Source: a virus | Lineage: Duplodnaviria; Caudoviricetes | Length of the DNA: 29,718 nucleotides | Virus record (IMG/VR): IMGVR_UViG_3300008450_000306 | Span: 1 to 29,718 of that record | Direction: 5' to 3' (one strand) | Part shown: piece after piece, positions 18,893 through 26,803 of the stretch | How the letters are laid out: every line of letters begins with the position of its first letter | Numbering within the stretch: position 1 is the first letter of the stretch | Program-made: the position numbers and the translations under genes | Notes under the pieces: generated by a model | What the model saw: the letters and a program-made list of their open reading frames with translations, nothing else | What the model was told of the DNA's origin: nothing | The model's database searches: none

Positions 18893-19232
18893 CGGCGTTA
18901 ATGGTTTCCACGATTCCGAGCTTTTCCTGCTCCACAAGCTTTGCCACTGTGTTCAGAAAGCGAGCGAACGCTTGCAGGCCCATTTCGTAGGCGTCGAGTT
19001 TATCGAAGCCAGCCGCAGGAGGCATGGCAACGCGCCACTCGAAATGCCGCTTCTTGAACGTGAACTTGAAGAGAAAGCAGGTGAAGCCCTCCACGAACGC
19101 ATTTTTGACCGTGTGCGCTGTCTGGTGCTTCATTGATTTCTCGTTGAACTCAAACTCAAACAGGTCGTTGCCTTTCGAAAAATCTTTCGCGAGATCCAGC
19201 TTGGGACGTTGGGGTTCGTGCTCGTTGCTCAT
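18885..19232 (-). CDS. Hypothetical protein (115 aa)
   Basis: Tightly packed ORF after portal, overlaps next start. Confidence 0.7.
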   Translation of the reverse strand: MSNEHEPQRPKLDLAKDFSKGNDLFEFEFNEKSMKHQTAHTVKNAFVEGFTCFLFKFTFKKRHFEWRVAMPPAAGFDKLDAYEMGLQAFARFLNTVAKLVEQEKLGIVETINADD

Positions 19233-19244
19233 GGTCGTAATTAT

Positions 19245-20945
19245 TTATGCAGCTTGCGTAAGTTGTTTGATGCCTTCAGCACCTCCAATAGAGCCAACAG
19301 CCTTTGCGCCTTGCTCCATCATCTGCATTTGCATTTGTGTCGCGGCAGCTTGTGCTTTGGCCTGCATGTTTTGCTGCACGACTTCTTCGGAAAGCAGGTA
19401 TTCACTCGGCACGCCTGAATCTTCGGCACTGCCTCGCGCCCATTTGATCCAGTCAAAAGGTTCGAGCACTTCGGGGCGCAGGGGTGCAATCGAGACGATG
19501 CGTTGAATGTGGCGATCCGCCTGGACGTTGCGCAGGTTCTTGATTGCCAGCGCCAGCCGCGACGAGAACGTGACCACCGGAGCCGGGACAAAGCCCATCG
19601 TATCCGAAACGGGCTGGATGGCTTCTTGCGGCGGTCTCGGCAGCATGCCGTTTTCAAGCCACATGGCAAACAGGGCTTGAAACATCGGCGTGTGTTTTTC
19701 GTTGGCGATGCGGGAGAATGCGGGCGTAATGGTCGTAATCTTTTCGGCAGCACGCTCGTTGATTTCCGTCGCGGTTCTGATGCCGTCCAGCCCTTCAAAC
19801 ATGTTGAAGAGTTGGGCGTGAAACTTGGCTCGAATCATGTCCTGCCGCATCTTGTAGCGATCCACGCCAATCTGGTAATTGCCCTCAACCGGAATAGGGC
19901 GCGGCTCAAACATGCCCTGCGCGATGTAGTTGATGCCGCCCGCCGATAGGATCAAATCGCCTTCCATTCGCTCGTCTGCGATCATCGGCGGCCGCACGCG
20001 CTTTTCCGCCTCGCAGTCCATGACCATTTGGAGGAAATTGATTTGCCGCGTGTCAGGGAGCGCAGCAAAGCCTGGCCCGTAGCCGTAAGGTGCGTTGCCC
20101 GAAAGCGCCGTCCATTTGAGGTAACGGCCCACACTGAAAGGAAAGTAGTCGAAACCACCCTCGCGCAAGATGTGCTTTTGCGCTGACTCGACGTAGTAGG
20201 AGGCGAACTCTTTCCCCCATCCAGCACGACGCGCCAGCGAGTCAGAAGGCCGTTCACTGTCGGAACGACGATAGACAGCATGCAGAATCTTGATTTTGCT
20301 TTGCCGCTCTTTGTCGCCCTCGCACAGCTTTTGCGTGGCTTCGGACAGGTTTTCTTTCCCAAAGTAGTCTTCGGCTTTCTCCACCGTCCATTCAAATTCA
20401 CGGAACAGCGTATCGACCACACCGAAGGCGTTTTCCTCGATGCAGTAAGAGCCGGTTGGCAGGTGCTCGAAGCGCAACTTGCCCTCTTCGATGTTGAAAT
20501 ACATCGCCGAGGTTGCAAAGCCGCAATGGCTCAAAAGATCCTCATGTGCCTCGGTGTAATAGGCCGAATTGCCTAGATATTCTCGAGCAAGTTCCGAGCA
20601 CTCCATCGACCAGCGCCGTGTTCGATCGGAACCTCGAAGCTCGCGAATCGGCTCAAAACTAAACCACGGTTCATTCACCGGCATCGTCCACGACATGAGG
20701 CCGCCGGCCATAGTCAGCAGGGCGTCGCCTGCCGTCGTGTCAAAAAGAGCCGAGTCTTTGGCCGTGTCTGGCATTTCGACTTTGGTATTGATGCCACCGG
20801 AACGCGTAGCCATGAGGTCCGCAATTTCTTGCCAGATGGACATGAACGGCATTCGATCCGCCTGCATGACCTGCCAGCGACGGCAAAGCTTTTCAGCTAG
20901 CGCCGTATCTTGCTTGGGTTTCGGCTTATCGGCGTAATCGCTCAT
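19245..20945 (-). CDS. Portal protein (head-tail connector, T7 gp8/BPP-1-like)
   Basis: 566 aa; FDTTAGDA, PWF, YGYGPG..ALPD, RPPM, RTATEINER motifs. Confidence 0.95.
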   Translation of the reverse strand: MSDYADKPKPKQDTALAEKLCRRWQVMQADRMPFMSIWQEIADLMATRSGGINTKVEMPDTAKDSALFDTTAGDALLTMAGGLMSWTMPVNEPWFSFEPIRELRGSDRTRRWSMECSELAREYLGNSAYYTEAHEDLLSHCGFATSAMYFNIEEGKLRFEHLPTGSYCIEENAFGVVDTLFREFEWTVEKAEDYFGKENLSEATQKLCEGDKERQSKIKILHAVYRRSDSERPSDSLARRAGWGKEFASYYVESAQKHILREGGFDYFPFSVGRYLKWTALSGNAPYGYGPGFAALPDTRQINFLQMVMDCEAEKRVRPPMIADERMEGDLILSAGGINYIAQGMFEPRPIPVEGNYQIGVDRYKMRQDMIRAKFHAQLFNMFEGLDGIRTATEINERAAEKITTITPAFSRIANEKHTPMFQALFAMWLENGMLPRPPQEAIQPVSDTMGFVPAPVVTFSSRLALAIKNLRNVQADRHIQRIVSIAPLRPEVLEPFDWIKWARGSAEDSGVPSEYLLSEEVVQQNMQAKAQAAATQMQMQMMEQGAKAVGSIGGAEGIKQLTQAA

Positions 20946-21217
20946 TGCTCGCCCGTGTAAGGTGTCTGTGAGGTTGCCGAAGCTCCAAGTGTTCGCGCTT
21001 TAGTTTGATCGCGCAGAGAGCCAAGGACATTGCCTTGCAGGGCATCCATGCCGCCGACGCGCCGACGATTGGCGTCGCTTACTTTTTGCTTGGCTGCCTC
21101 AGTGTCAGCTGCAGGGGCTGCAGGTTGCGCCACAGTCGGGGGAGCAGAAGCGCCGCCGCCAAAATGCAAAGCGCCAGACAAGCCGCGAGGATCGTTCAGG
21201 AGACAAATGTTCCACAT
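20942..21217 (-). CDS. Small pre-portal protein, probably virion-associated
   Basis: FGGGASAPP..P-rich, RRRVG, KARTLG; ATGA overlap with portal. Confidence 0.7.
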   Translation of the reverse strand: MWNICLLNDPRGLSGALHFGGGASAPPTVAQPAAPAADTEAAKQKVSDANRRRVGGMDALQGNVLGSLRDQTKARTLGASATSQTPYTGEQ

Positions 21218-21273
21218 GCAACTGGATAGCGGGAATCATTTGGCGTTTGTCAAACCAGAAATTACCACGGACT

Positions 21274-21333
21274 GCCGAACGCCTGCTGCATCAAGCCTCG
21301 CTTCGGCTCGGTTGATGAGCGTCCTTGTTCTGC
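21274..21333 (+). mobile_element. attC-like recombination site 1 (60 bp)
   Basis: GCCGAAC..GCT[G]CATCAA..TTGATGAGC..GTTCTGC; extrahelical base in left arm. Confidence 0.7.
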
Positions 21334-21464
21334 TCCTTGCGGAGTCTTGCGGCCTTTCGAGCTTCCTGCATCGCCGCCTGCTGTGCTGGTGTGATCTTGC
21401 GGCGGCTGGCCTTGCCACCTTTGCTGCCGATCTCCGCGAGGTATTTCTTGAGTTCCTTTTTCAT
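21291..21464 (-). CDS. KGG-motif small basic protein (57 aa), moron 2 gene 3
   Basis: Hand-translated MKKELKKYLAEIGSKGGKASRRKITPAQQAAMQEARKAAR...; ATGA overlap with upstream gene. Confidence 0.8.
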   Translation of the reverse strand: MKKELKKYLAEIGSKGGKASRRKITPAQQAAMQEARKAARLRKEQNKDAHQPSRSEA

Positions 21465-21652
21465 GCCTTCGAGAGATCGACGCCAGTTTTCCAGTTCGCC
21501 ACGAAGATGCGTAGCAAGATCGCCATCGGGAATGATGCCCCTCGCTTTTCGAGGTAGGCCATGAGAGACGGAACGCAGTCAGACGGCACGCGGACCACTG
21601 ATTCGAGCACTCCATTGACGGAGATTTCCGCCACCGATTCAGAGGCTTGCAT
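21461..21652 (-). CDS. Hypothetical protein, moron 2 gene 2 (63 aa)
   Basis: Overlaps both neighbours. Confidence 0.6.
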   Translation of the reverse strand: MQASESVAEISVNGVLESVVRVPSDCVPSLMAYLEKRGASFPMAILLRIFVANWKTGVDLSKA

Positions 21653-21836
21653 TGTAGTCGGCCTCCTGGATGAGATTGTTGATGCGTGATGCCTCCGACC
21701 AGTCAGTTGACCGAGGGCAGGCGCGAAGGATGCGGGCGGCCTGAGTGTAGAGGCGGCGGGCCTGCTCAGGGGTTGAGTCGCACCGGTCAGCGGTGGACAT
21801 AAGGGCTTTGGCGTCGGCGATGTATTCAGCGTTCAT
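21639..21836 (-). CDS. Hypothetical protein, moron 2 gene 1 (65 aa)
   Basis: ATG immediately downstream of promoter (near-leaderless). Confidence 0.65.
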   Translation of the reverse strand: MNAEYIADAKALMSTADRCDSTPEQARRLYTQAARILRACPRSTDWSEASRINNLIQEADYNASL

Positions 21837-21844
21837 GTGTGTGA

Positions 21845-21871
21845 CTTTATCATAAGCGGCTTATGACGCAA
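21845..21871 (-). promoter_or_regulatory. Promoter of moron 2 with perfect palindromic operator
   Basis: TTGCGT-N16-TAAAGT on minus strand; TCATAAGC-G-GCTTATGA at 21850-21866 fills the spacer. Confidence 0.7.
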
Positions 21872-21900
21872 GCGGCATTTTGCATATTCTCACCAACGGA

Positions 21901-21996
21901 GCAGAACAAGCAGGATGCAGCCAATTCGGCGGGGCGGAGTCGTCGTGTCAGCGGGTATCTATCGCCCGCCTTCATGGCTGATCTTGGTCGTTCGGG
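21901..21996 (+). mobile_element. attC-like recombination site 2 (96 bp)
   Basis: GCAGAAC-AAGC-AGGAT[G]CAGCCA...TGGCTGATCTT-GGTC-GTTCGGG. Confidence 0.75.
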
Positions 21997-21999
21997 CAA

Positions 22000-22039
22000 T
22001 ACAAAGCCCCGCTCTCTGCACTCACAGAGACACGGGGCT
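22000..22039 (-). terminator. Putative intrinsic terminator
   Basis: AGCCCCG..TCTCTG/CAGAGA..CGGGGCT followed by TTGTATT on minus strand. Confidence 0.6.
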
Positions 22040-22162
22040 GATACCTTGAGCCTACTTCCTCCCATCGGCGACTCGGTAATGATGGGCAGTCGGTGTTGGT
22101 TATTTCATGGGGATACCTCCGTAGATTCGGAGTGATTGTAGAGGCCAGTAGTGTGACCGAAA

Positions 22163-22555
22163 TCAGGAGACGCGCAAGCCCGAACCATAGCGTTCAACCT
22201 TACCACTAACCGCAAGCCTTTTCAACCGCTCCCATACCACAAAACGCGCCGGGCTACCACGTTGAGCCAAGCCGATGAGCGGCAATTCCGCCGGCAGCCA
22301 GCGCACCGCAACGGACAGTTTGCCAGCCAGCAGCCAGATATACCACGCGTCTGCCGTCTCCAACGGCTCGACCTCGGCAATGTCCGCAATCCTCGACGGC
22401 TCCCAAGTGGACAGCACCGGCCTTGCCATCGCAAACGCGTCAGGAGTCGCCACGACGTAGCCGAACAGAAAATGCTGCTCTAACTCATCCGTGAAGCGCC
22501 GCGTGTCGCCTTGGTAAAGCGCGAGGGCTTGAGCGTAGGGCGTCATCGTCTCCAC
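22163..22555 (-). CDS. Hypothetical protein, possibly GNAT-like fold
   Basis: Overlaps terminase stop; GYVVATPDAFAMARPV, DAWYIWLLAG motifs. Confidence 0.6.
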   Translation of the reverse strand: METMTPYAQALALYQGDTRRFTDELEQHFLFGYVVATPDAFAMARPVLSTWEPSRIADIAEVEPLETADAWYIWLLAGKLSVAVRWLPAELPLIGLAQRGSPARFVVWERLKRLAVSGKVERYGSGLRVS

Positions 22556-23874
22556 CCTCCAAAGCTGAATTTTGCTTGCCTGCGGTTGCGCGGCTTGTCG
22601 TCGTCGTCCTCAAAGGCCCGCGTCACCGTTTGAGTGTTGAACTTCACCAGCCCACACCCGAGAGCTTCCGCGATGTATCGCGCCGCGTCTGCCGTGTGAC
22701 TCGACCAGTCATGCACCGGCTCGCTGGAAATGAGCTTGCCAAGCTCGACCTCTTTCGTGTGGTAGGCTTCAAGGGCTTCGATGCCTTTCTCACATTTGCG
22801 AGCGTGAAACACCATCGACGGGAACAAGCCTTTGAGGCCATTAATGCCGTTCCAGATGTCAGCTGTTCGAGGAAGAACAACGGCGTTTTGAAACCCGGCA
22901 TCGCGCAAGTCTTGCACGAACGTCCTGCCGCTGCGCTCGGTCTGCTCGGCATCGTGCGGAAGAATGTGCTTCCCGTAGGCGTAGCCTTTTGCCAGCATCC
23001 AGGCGACTCGTTGCGTCACAGTCTCGACGCCCTCGATGTAACCCACATCGCAGTCAATGACGCGGATTTCCCGGCCTGCAATTTGCCAATACCAAACGGT
23101 TGTGTTTGACGGGCTGCCCAAATCCCAAGTGGTGTGAACGAGCGTGTCAACAACCGGAAACTCGACAATGCGCTTTTCCCGATAGGCGGCCTCGATGAGC
23201 CGGGCATAGATCGCCCCCGGCCTGCCGACGTTGAAGTCGCATTCCATTTCCTGCGCGTAGGCTTCTGCCGTGAGCTGCGAGCGTAAAGCCCCAAGAGCGG
23301 ATTCCGACAGAATGCCCGACTCGCTGGCCTTGAGCATGAGAGCAAAGCTATCAGGTGCGCTTTGTGCCTTCACAAACGCCTTATAGAACGCGTTTTTGCC
23401 CTTCGGCGTGCCGATCCGGGTATGCCAGCCGTCGTAATCGAGCAAACACGGAAGAATGACGTAATCGAAAGCCTGCGGAGGAATGTCGGCGTCCTCGTCA
23501 GAAACTACGCCGTCGAAATAGAGGCCGCGCATGCGCTCATAGTTCTCGCCCGAGTAAAGACGGACCACCGCCTTGTTGACGAACGTGATCTTGAGTTCCG
23601 ACTCGTTAATGATCGTGCCGGGAATCTTGCCCGCGTAGTCCTTGAGATAAGCCCAAGCGATGTCTTTGGCTTGGTCACGCGTCGGCGCAATGTAGGCATA
23701 CCGGAGCGGCGGCCCTTTGCGCTTGTGCGTCAGGGCGCACTTGATGAGCTTTTGCACCACGCCCACCGTTTTTCCTGCCCGTCGATGCGCTACCAGCACA
23801 GACCAGCGTGCAGACGATTCAAGGTAAGGCCGAAACTGTTGCCTCGGGTTGATCGTCAAGTTAACAGTCTGCAT
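22543..23874 (-). CDS. Terminase large subunit
   Basis: Walker A HRRAGKT, YIAPT, RGLYFDGVVSDE, GTPKG, WDLG, LPHD, HDWSSHTADAARY. Confidence 0.96.
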   Translation of the reverse strand: MQTVNLTINPRQQFRPYLESSARWSVLVAHRRAGKTVGVVQKLIKCALTHKRKGPPLRYAYIAPTRDQAKDIAWAYLKDYAGKIPGTIINESELKITFVNKAVVRLYSGENYERMRGLYFDGVVSDEDADIPPQAFDYVILPCLLDYDGWHTRIGTPKGKNAFYKAFVKAQSAPDSFALMLKASESGILSESALGALRSQLTAEAYAQEMECDFNVGRPGAIYARLIEAAYREKRIVEFPVVDTLVHTTWDLGSPSNTTVWYWQIAGREIRVIDCDVGYIEGVETVTQRVAWMLAKGYAYGKHILPHDAEQTERSGRTFVQDLRDAGFQNAVVLPRTADIWNGINGLKGLFPSMVFHARKCEKGIEALEAYHTKEVELGKLISSEPVHDWSSHTADAARYIAEALGCGLVKFNTQTVTRAFEDDDDKPRNRRQAKFSFGGWRR

Positions 23875-23876
23875 GG

Positions 23877-24281
23877 CTATTCCTCCGCCGTGTTGCCGCC
23901 GATTGTGACGTTAATCGTGAGTTCGTGTTTCTCCGGTTCATACCAGCCCGACGCTTTGCCTACCTCCGTAAGAGCTTTAGTTGACGCACTAAAATCCTCC
24001 GCTGCCTCTGCTTTTGTAGCCAGCCCTTCAAGCCGTTCAAGCCACGTTTCCCGATTCAGTTGCCATTTCTTGTCAGCCATATCACCAGCGGCTTTTTTTA
24101 ATTTTGAAATTCTCAGACTAACCTCAGAAATGTTTTGCAACTTTGAGCCAGTGACCTCCGCTGTTCGGTTTGAACAATTTCCAGCTCGAGAGACGTGCTT
24201 GATGTAGGCTTGGCTTGCTGGCATTCCAGCAGCCACCGATTGCGCAAAGGCTTCGTGCTTTGGGTTTTTGAGTGCTGGCAT
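23877..24281 (-). CDS. Terminase small subunit
   Basis: LKNPKHEAFAQ..AAG...SQAY N-terminus; directly upstream of large subunit. Confidence 0.88.
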   Translation of the reverse strand: MPALKNPKHEAFAQSVAAGMPASQAYIKHVSRAGNCSNRTAEVTGSKLQNISEVSLRISKLKKAAGDMADKKWQLNRETWLERLEGLATKAEAAEDFSASTKALTEVGKASGWYEPEKHELTINVTIGGNTAEE

Positions 24282-24316
24282 TGTGTTAATGCGTGGTTTG
24301 TAATGGTAATTTGCAA

Positions 24317-24381
24317 GGCGAACTTGCGCTGGATCCGACAGACTCGCCTCGGCTCGCTTGCGGCTCAGCTATTTGTTCAGC
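24317..24381 (+). mobile_element. attC-like recombination site 3 (65 bp)
   Basis: GGCGAAC-TTGC-GCTG[G]ATCCG...CGGCTCAGC-TATTT-GTTCAGC (one stem mismatch). Confidence 0.7.
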
Positions 24382-24692
24382 TTTTCCTTGGCAGCGTTGG
24401 CGGCATCGTAGAGTTGCGACATGACCAGTTTTTCAAGTCCGCTGCTGCCGTGGTTTGCTAGGCGATTCGCTTCGTCGTAGCATGTCCGCATTAGCGCGGT
24501 GGCGAGCGCTTCCATTTCGCGGGCGCGGTTGGCGAGATTGTGAATGAGTGAACTGTCGCCAGTGTCGGCGGCCAATATCGCGGCAACCGAAGCTGAACCA
24601 GCCGCTGGAACTGACGGCCTTTCGCACGCCATTCCGTTTGTAGCGCACTTCCCGTAGTTCGGGCACGTTTGGCATGGGTGAAAGTCTTTCAT
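24369..24692 (-). CDS. Hypothetical cassette protein (107 aa) with Cys-rich N-terminus
   Basis: Starts inside attC site 4, ends inside attC site 3; ATGA overlap with upstream gene. Confidence 0.7.
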   Translation of the reverse strand: MKDFHPCQTCPNYGKCATNGMACERPSVPAAGSASVAAILAADTGDSSLIHNLANRAREMEALATALMRTCYDEANRLANHGSSGLEKLVMSQLYDAANAAKEKLNK

Positions 24693-24719
24693 GGCCGCAG
24701 TTCAGCTTTATCGTTCGTG
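24592..24719 (+). mobile_element. attC-like recombination site 4 (128 bp)
   Basis: GCTGAAC-CAGCC-GCTG[G]AACTG[A]CGGCC...GGCCGCAGTTCAGC-TTTATC-GTTCGTG; two extrahelical bases. Confidence 0.8.
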
Positions 24720-24904
24720 TTCATGGTTTGAGCCAAAGGCATGGAGCCTTCCAAAAACTTGCCAGCCTCCTCCCAAGCAAGGCGCAATTCCAAGCGCTGA
24801 TCATCGCTTGGATTTTCTTCGGACATCCTCGCCGTGATGGCAAGATGCAGCCTGCGCATAAGTTTCAGCATGTCGCCGTTGTTGGTTTTATGTGGTGTGC
24901 TCAT
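24689..24904 (-). CDS. Hypothetical protein (71 aa)
   Basis: ATGA overlaps at both ends. Confidence 0.65.
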   Translation of the reverse strand: MSTPHKTNNGDMLKLMRRLHLAITARMSEENPSDDQRLELRLAWEEAGKFLEGSMPLAQTMNTNDKAELRP

Positions 24905-25164
24905 TTGATTTGATAAATGTTTTTAGCTTTGCCTGCGTTGCCGTTGGAACTACGCTGGACAGTAATTAGTCCAGCTTTTTCGAGGGCAATGAGACAACCG
25001 CGTGCAGTGGTTTTGACTATGTTGAGGCGCGTGGCGACGTCGTCGAGAGTAGTTTTTTCAAGTTGGTAGACGACTGCAAGACAGGGGATTGTGGCTGCAG
25101 CACGCATGTCTCTACCGCTTGAGTTAAAGCACTTGATGATGAGAGATGTGGGAATTGAAGTCAT
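24901..25164 (-). CDS. Winged helix-turn-helix DNA-binding protein
   Basis: TTLDDVATRLNIVKTTARGCLIALEKAGLI...KNIY; start reassigned to MTSIPTS. Confidence 0.7.
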   Translation of the reverse strand: MTSIPTSLIIKCFNSSGRDMRAAATIPCLAVVYQLEKTTLDDVATRLNIVKTTARGCLIALEKAGLITVQRSSNGNAGKAKNIYQIK

Positions 25165-25199
25165 TGATATAGGTTGTTGATTACGGTTCGGAGAACTGT

Positions 25200-25628
25200 C
25201 TATGGTTTCGGAAATCCAGCGCCCGCCGTCGCTTGACGCTGGTTGTTCTCCACCTCCCATTTTGCGCACCGCTTGCACTTCCTCACGCAACCGTCGTGCG
25301 GCAGCCAGAGCATGCCGGGCGTTGTGGAGAGGCCGGGGGGCGAGTCGGCGCAAACGGGTTTGCTGTTTCCGTGGCGGAACAAGTGAGCGGAATCGAAATG
25401 AAGGCATTGTTGCCACGACGTGGCAGAGTGTGGTTCATGCCGGGGTTCATGTCTAGCAATTTTGTCTACTGTTGTGCTGGATTCATGTCGGGATTCATGT
25501 CCTCGAAAAAGCCACGTTTTGATCGTGCCAAAATGCAGGCCGGTTTCCCGTGCAATCTGCCTTGCGCTTTTGCCTTTTTGGCGCAGGTCGAGAACGTGTT
25601 GTTTGAAAATAACTGGATGGGCTTTCAT
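25200..25628 (-). CDS. HTH DNA-binding protein with RHE(S/P) repeats
   Basis: LRQKGKSARQIARETGLHFGTIKTWL HTH; CxxCxxC near C-terminus. Confidence 0.7.
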   Translation of the reverse strand: MKAHPVIFKQHVLDLRQKGKSARQIARETGLHFGTIKTWLFRGHESRHESSTTVDKIARHEPRHEPHSATSWQQCLHFDSAHLFRHGNSKPVCADSPPGLSTTPGMLWLPHDGCVRKCKRCAKWEVENNQRQATAGAGFPKP

Positions 25629-25649
25629 CGAGAGCAAAGTGGGCAGGTT

Positions 25650-25856
25650 TTAGCGGGCAGCGTATTTTGTTCGCCATGCGATAAGGAGCGCGGTTGTTGA
25701 TCCGCCTTCGCCGTCGAGAAGTTGGCACTTGCAGGCGTCGCCGCGTTCGCACTGGATGAAGGCGCATCCAGACTCGTAGTCGAGCACGGGGCGCTGTTGG
25801 AGGTGGCAAACGGCGGTTGCGTTGAACTGGCTGCGGATGCGTTCATAATCGGTCAT
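25650..25856 (-). CDS. Small Cys-containing hypothetical protein (68 aa, MTDYERIRSQ...)
   Basis: ATGA overlap with upstream gene. Confidence 0.55.
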   Translation of the reverse strand: MTDYERIRSQFNATAVCHLQQRPVLDYESGCAFIQCERGDACKCQLLDGEGGSTTALLIAWRTKYAAR

Positions 25857-26362
25857 TTGTTGCGATTGGCTTCGACGAGTTCGTTGATGAGCGCGTAACA
25901 CTTGGGGGCTTTGGTGCCCGTGGCCTTTTCCTCCAAATACAGGGCCGTGATGTCGTCCCATCGGTCCACCAATGCGGCCCACACGGGGCTCACGTCGCGC
26001 ATCTTGGGCAACAGGTCGCGAGAGCCGGGCACGGCTTCGAGGAAACGATGGCATCGGCCAAAATCGCCGGCGTCCCACGGGTGGCACCATCGGTTCTTTG
26101 CATCGCGCAAACGCCCGTCCTGATACATGACGGCAGCCATCGTCAGGCTACTGATGCCCGTGTCATCGCTGGCAAGCCATGCAGCTAGGCCCATTCCTTG
26201 CTGGGCCAGTTTGTCGTCGATCCGCATCGCCTCTACGATGATGTTGGCGGCGCGAATGCACTCGTTGAGTTGGCGGGGTGACACTTGTGCGCCTGGGTGT
26301 TGGCGGTCCAGTTCGGTGAAGATGGCGGAGACGAGTTGGATTTGATTAATTAAGAGTGACAT
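25853..26362 (-). CDS. Conserved phage hypothetical protein
   Basis: DTGISSLTM..HPWDAGDFGRC..FLEAVP motif recurrent in phage proteins. Confidence 0.75.
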   Translation of the reverse strand: MSLLINQIQLVSAIFTELDRQHPGAQVSPRQLNECIRAANIIVEAMRIDDKLAQQGMGLAAWLASDDTGISSLTMAAVMYQDGRLRDAKNRWCHPWDAGDFGRCHRFLEAVPGSRDLLPKMRDVSPVWAALVDRWDDITALYLEEKATGTKAPKCYALINELVEANRNK

Positions 26363-26447
26363 AGTGGTGTTGGTTTCAGAGGCACATGGGGAGGTCCGTC
26401 CACGGGATGCCGAGTTGCGGGCAGGTGTCAGGGGGGGGTGTCGATGT

Positions 26448-26765
26448 TTATGGTTTGCGGGTGGTAAGGATCATGGCACTTTTGCCGGAGGCGTTCGGTC
26501 GGCGCTTCCCTGAGTCGTGCAGGTGTCCGAGCCGTTTGAGTTCGGTGCATCGCGGGCGGATCGTGAGCACGGACATATCCATGCGTTCGGCGCACTCGTC
26601 GGCAGTCATGGCACCCACGGTGCGAAACGTCTGGAGCACCTGGGCGCGGATTGTAGCCGCATCTAGCGTAGCAGCAGCGGCGCGGCTTGTGTCCGTGTCG
26701 CGGTAGCCTGCTGCGTAGGGGTAAGTTGGTTGAAATGTATTTAGGTCAAATAAGGTCGTGCTCAT
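26448..26765 (-). CDS. Winged-helix-like phage protein
   Basis: TDTSRAAA..MTADE..IRPRCTELKRLG..DSGKRR. Confidence 0.75.
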   Translation of the reverse strand: MSTTLFDLNTFQPTYPYAAGYRDTDTSRAAAATLDAATIRAQVLQTFRTVGAMTADECAERMDMSVLTIRPRCTELKRLGHLHDSGKRRPNASGKSAMILTTRKP

Positions 26766-26803
26766 GGTATGTGAAGGTTGTCTTCAAGTGTCGGATTGGA
26801 GAC

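Noticed and set aside
22055-22095. H-type pseudoknot or ribozyme (CGACT/AGTCG with CCCATC/GATGGG)
   Set aside because: Loop lengths look sterically unfavourable and no known ribozyme core was recognised
21274-24719. attC-like hairpins read as terminators or CRISPR repeats
   Set aside because: No U-tracts, sequences differ from each other, no regular spacers; bulges and cross-site core complementarity fit attC better
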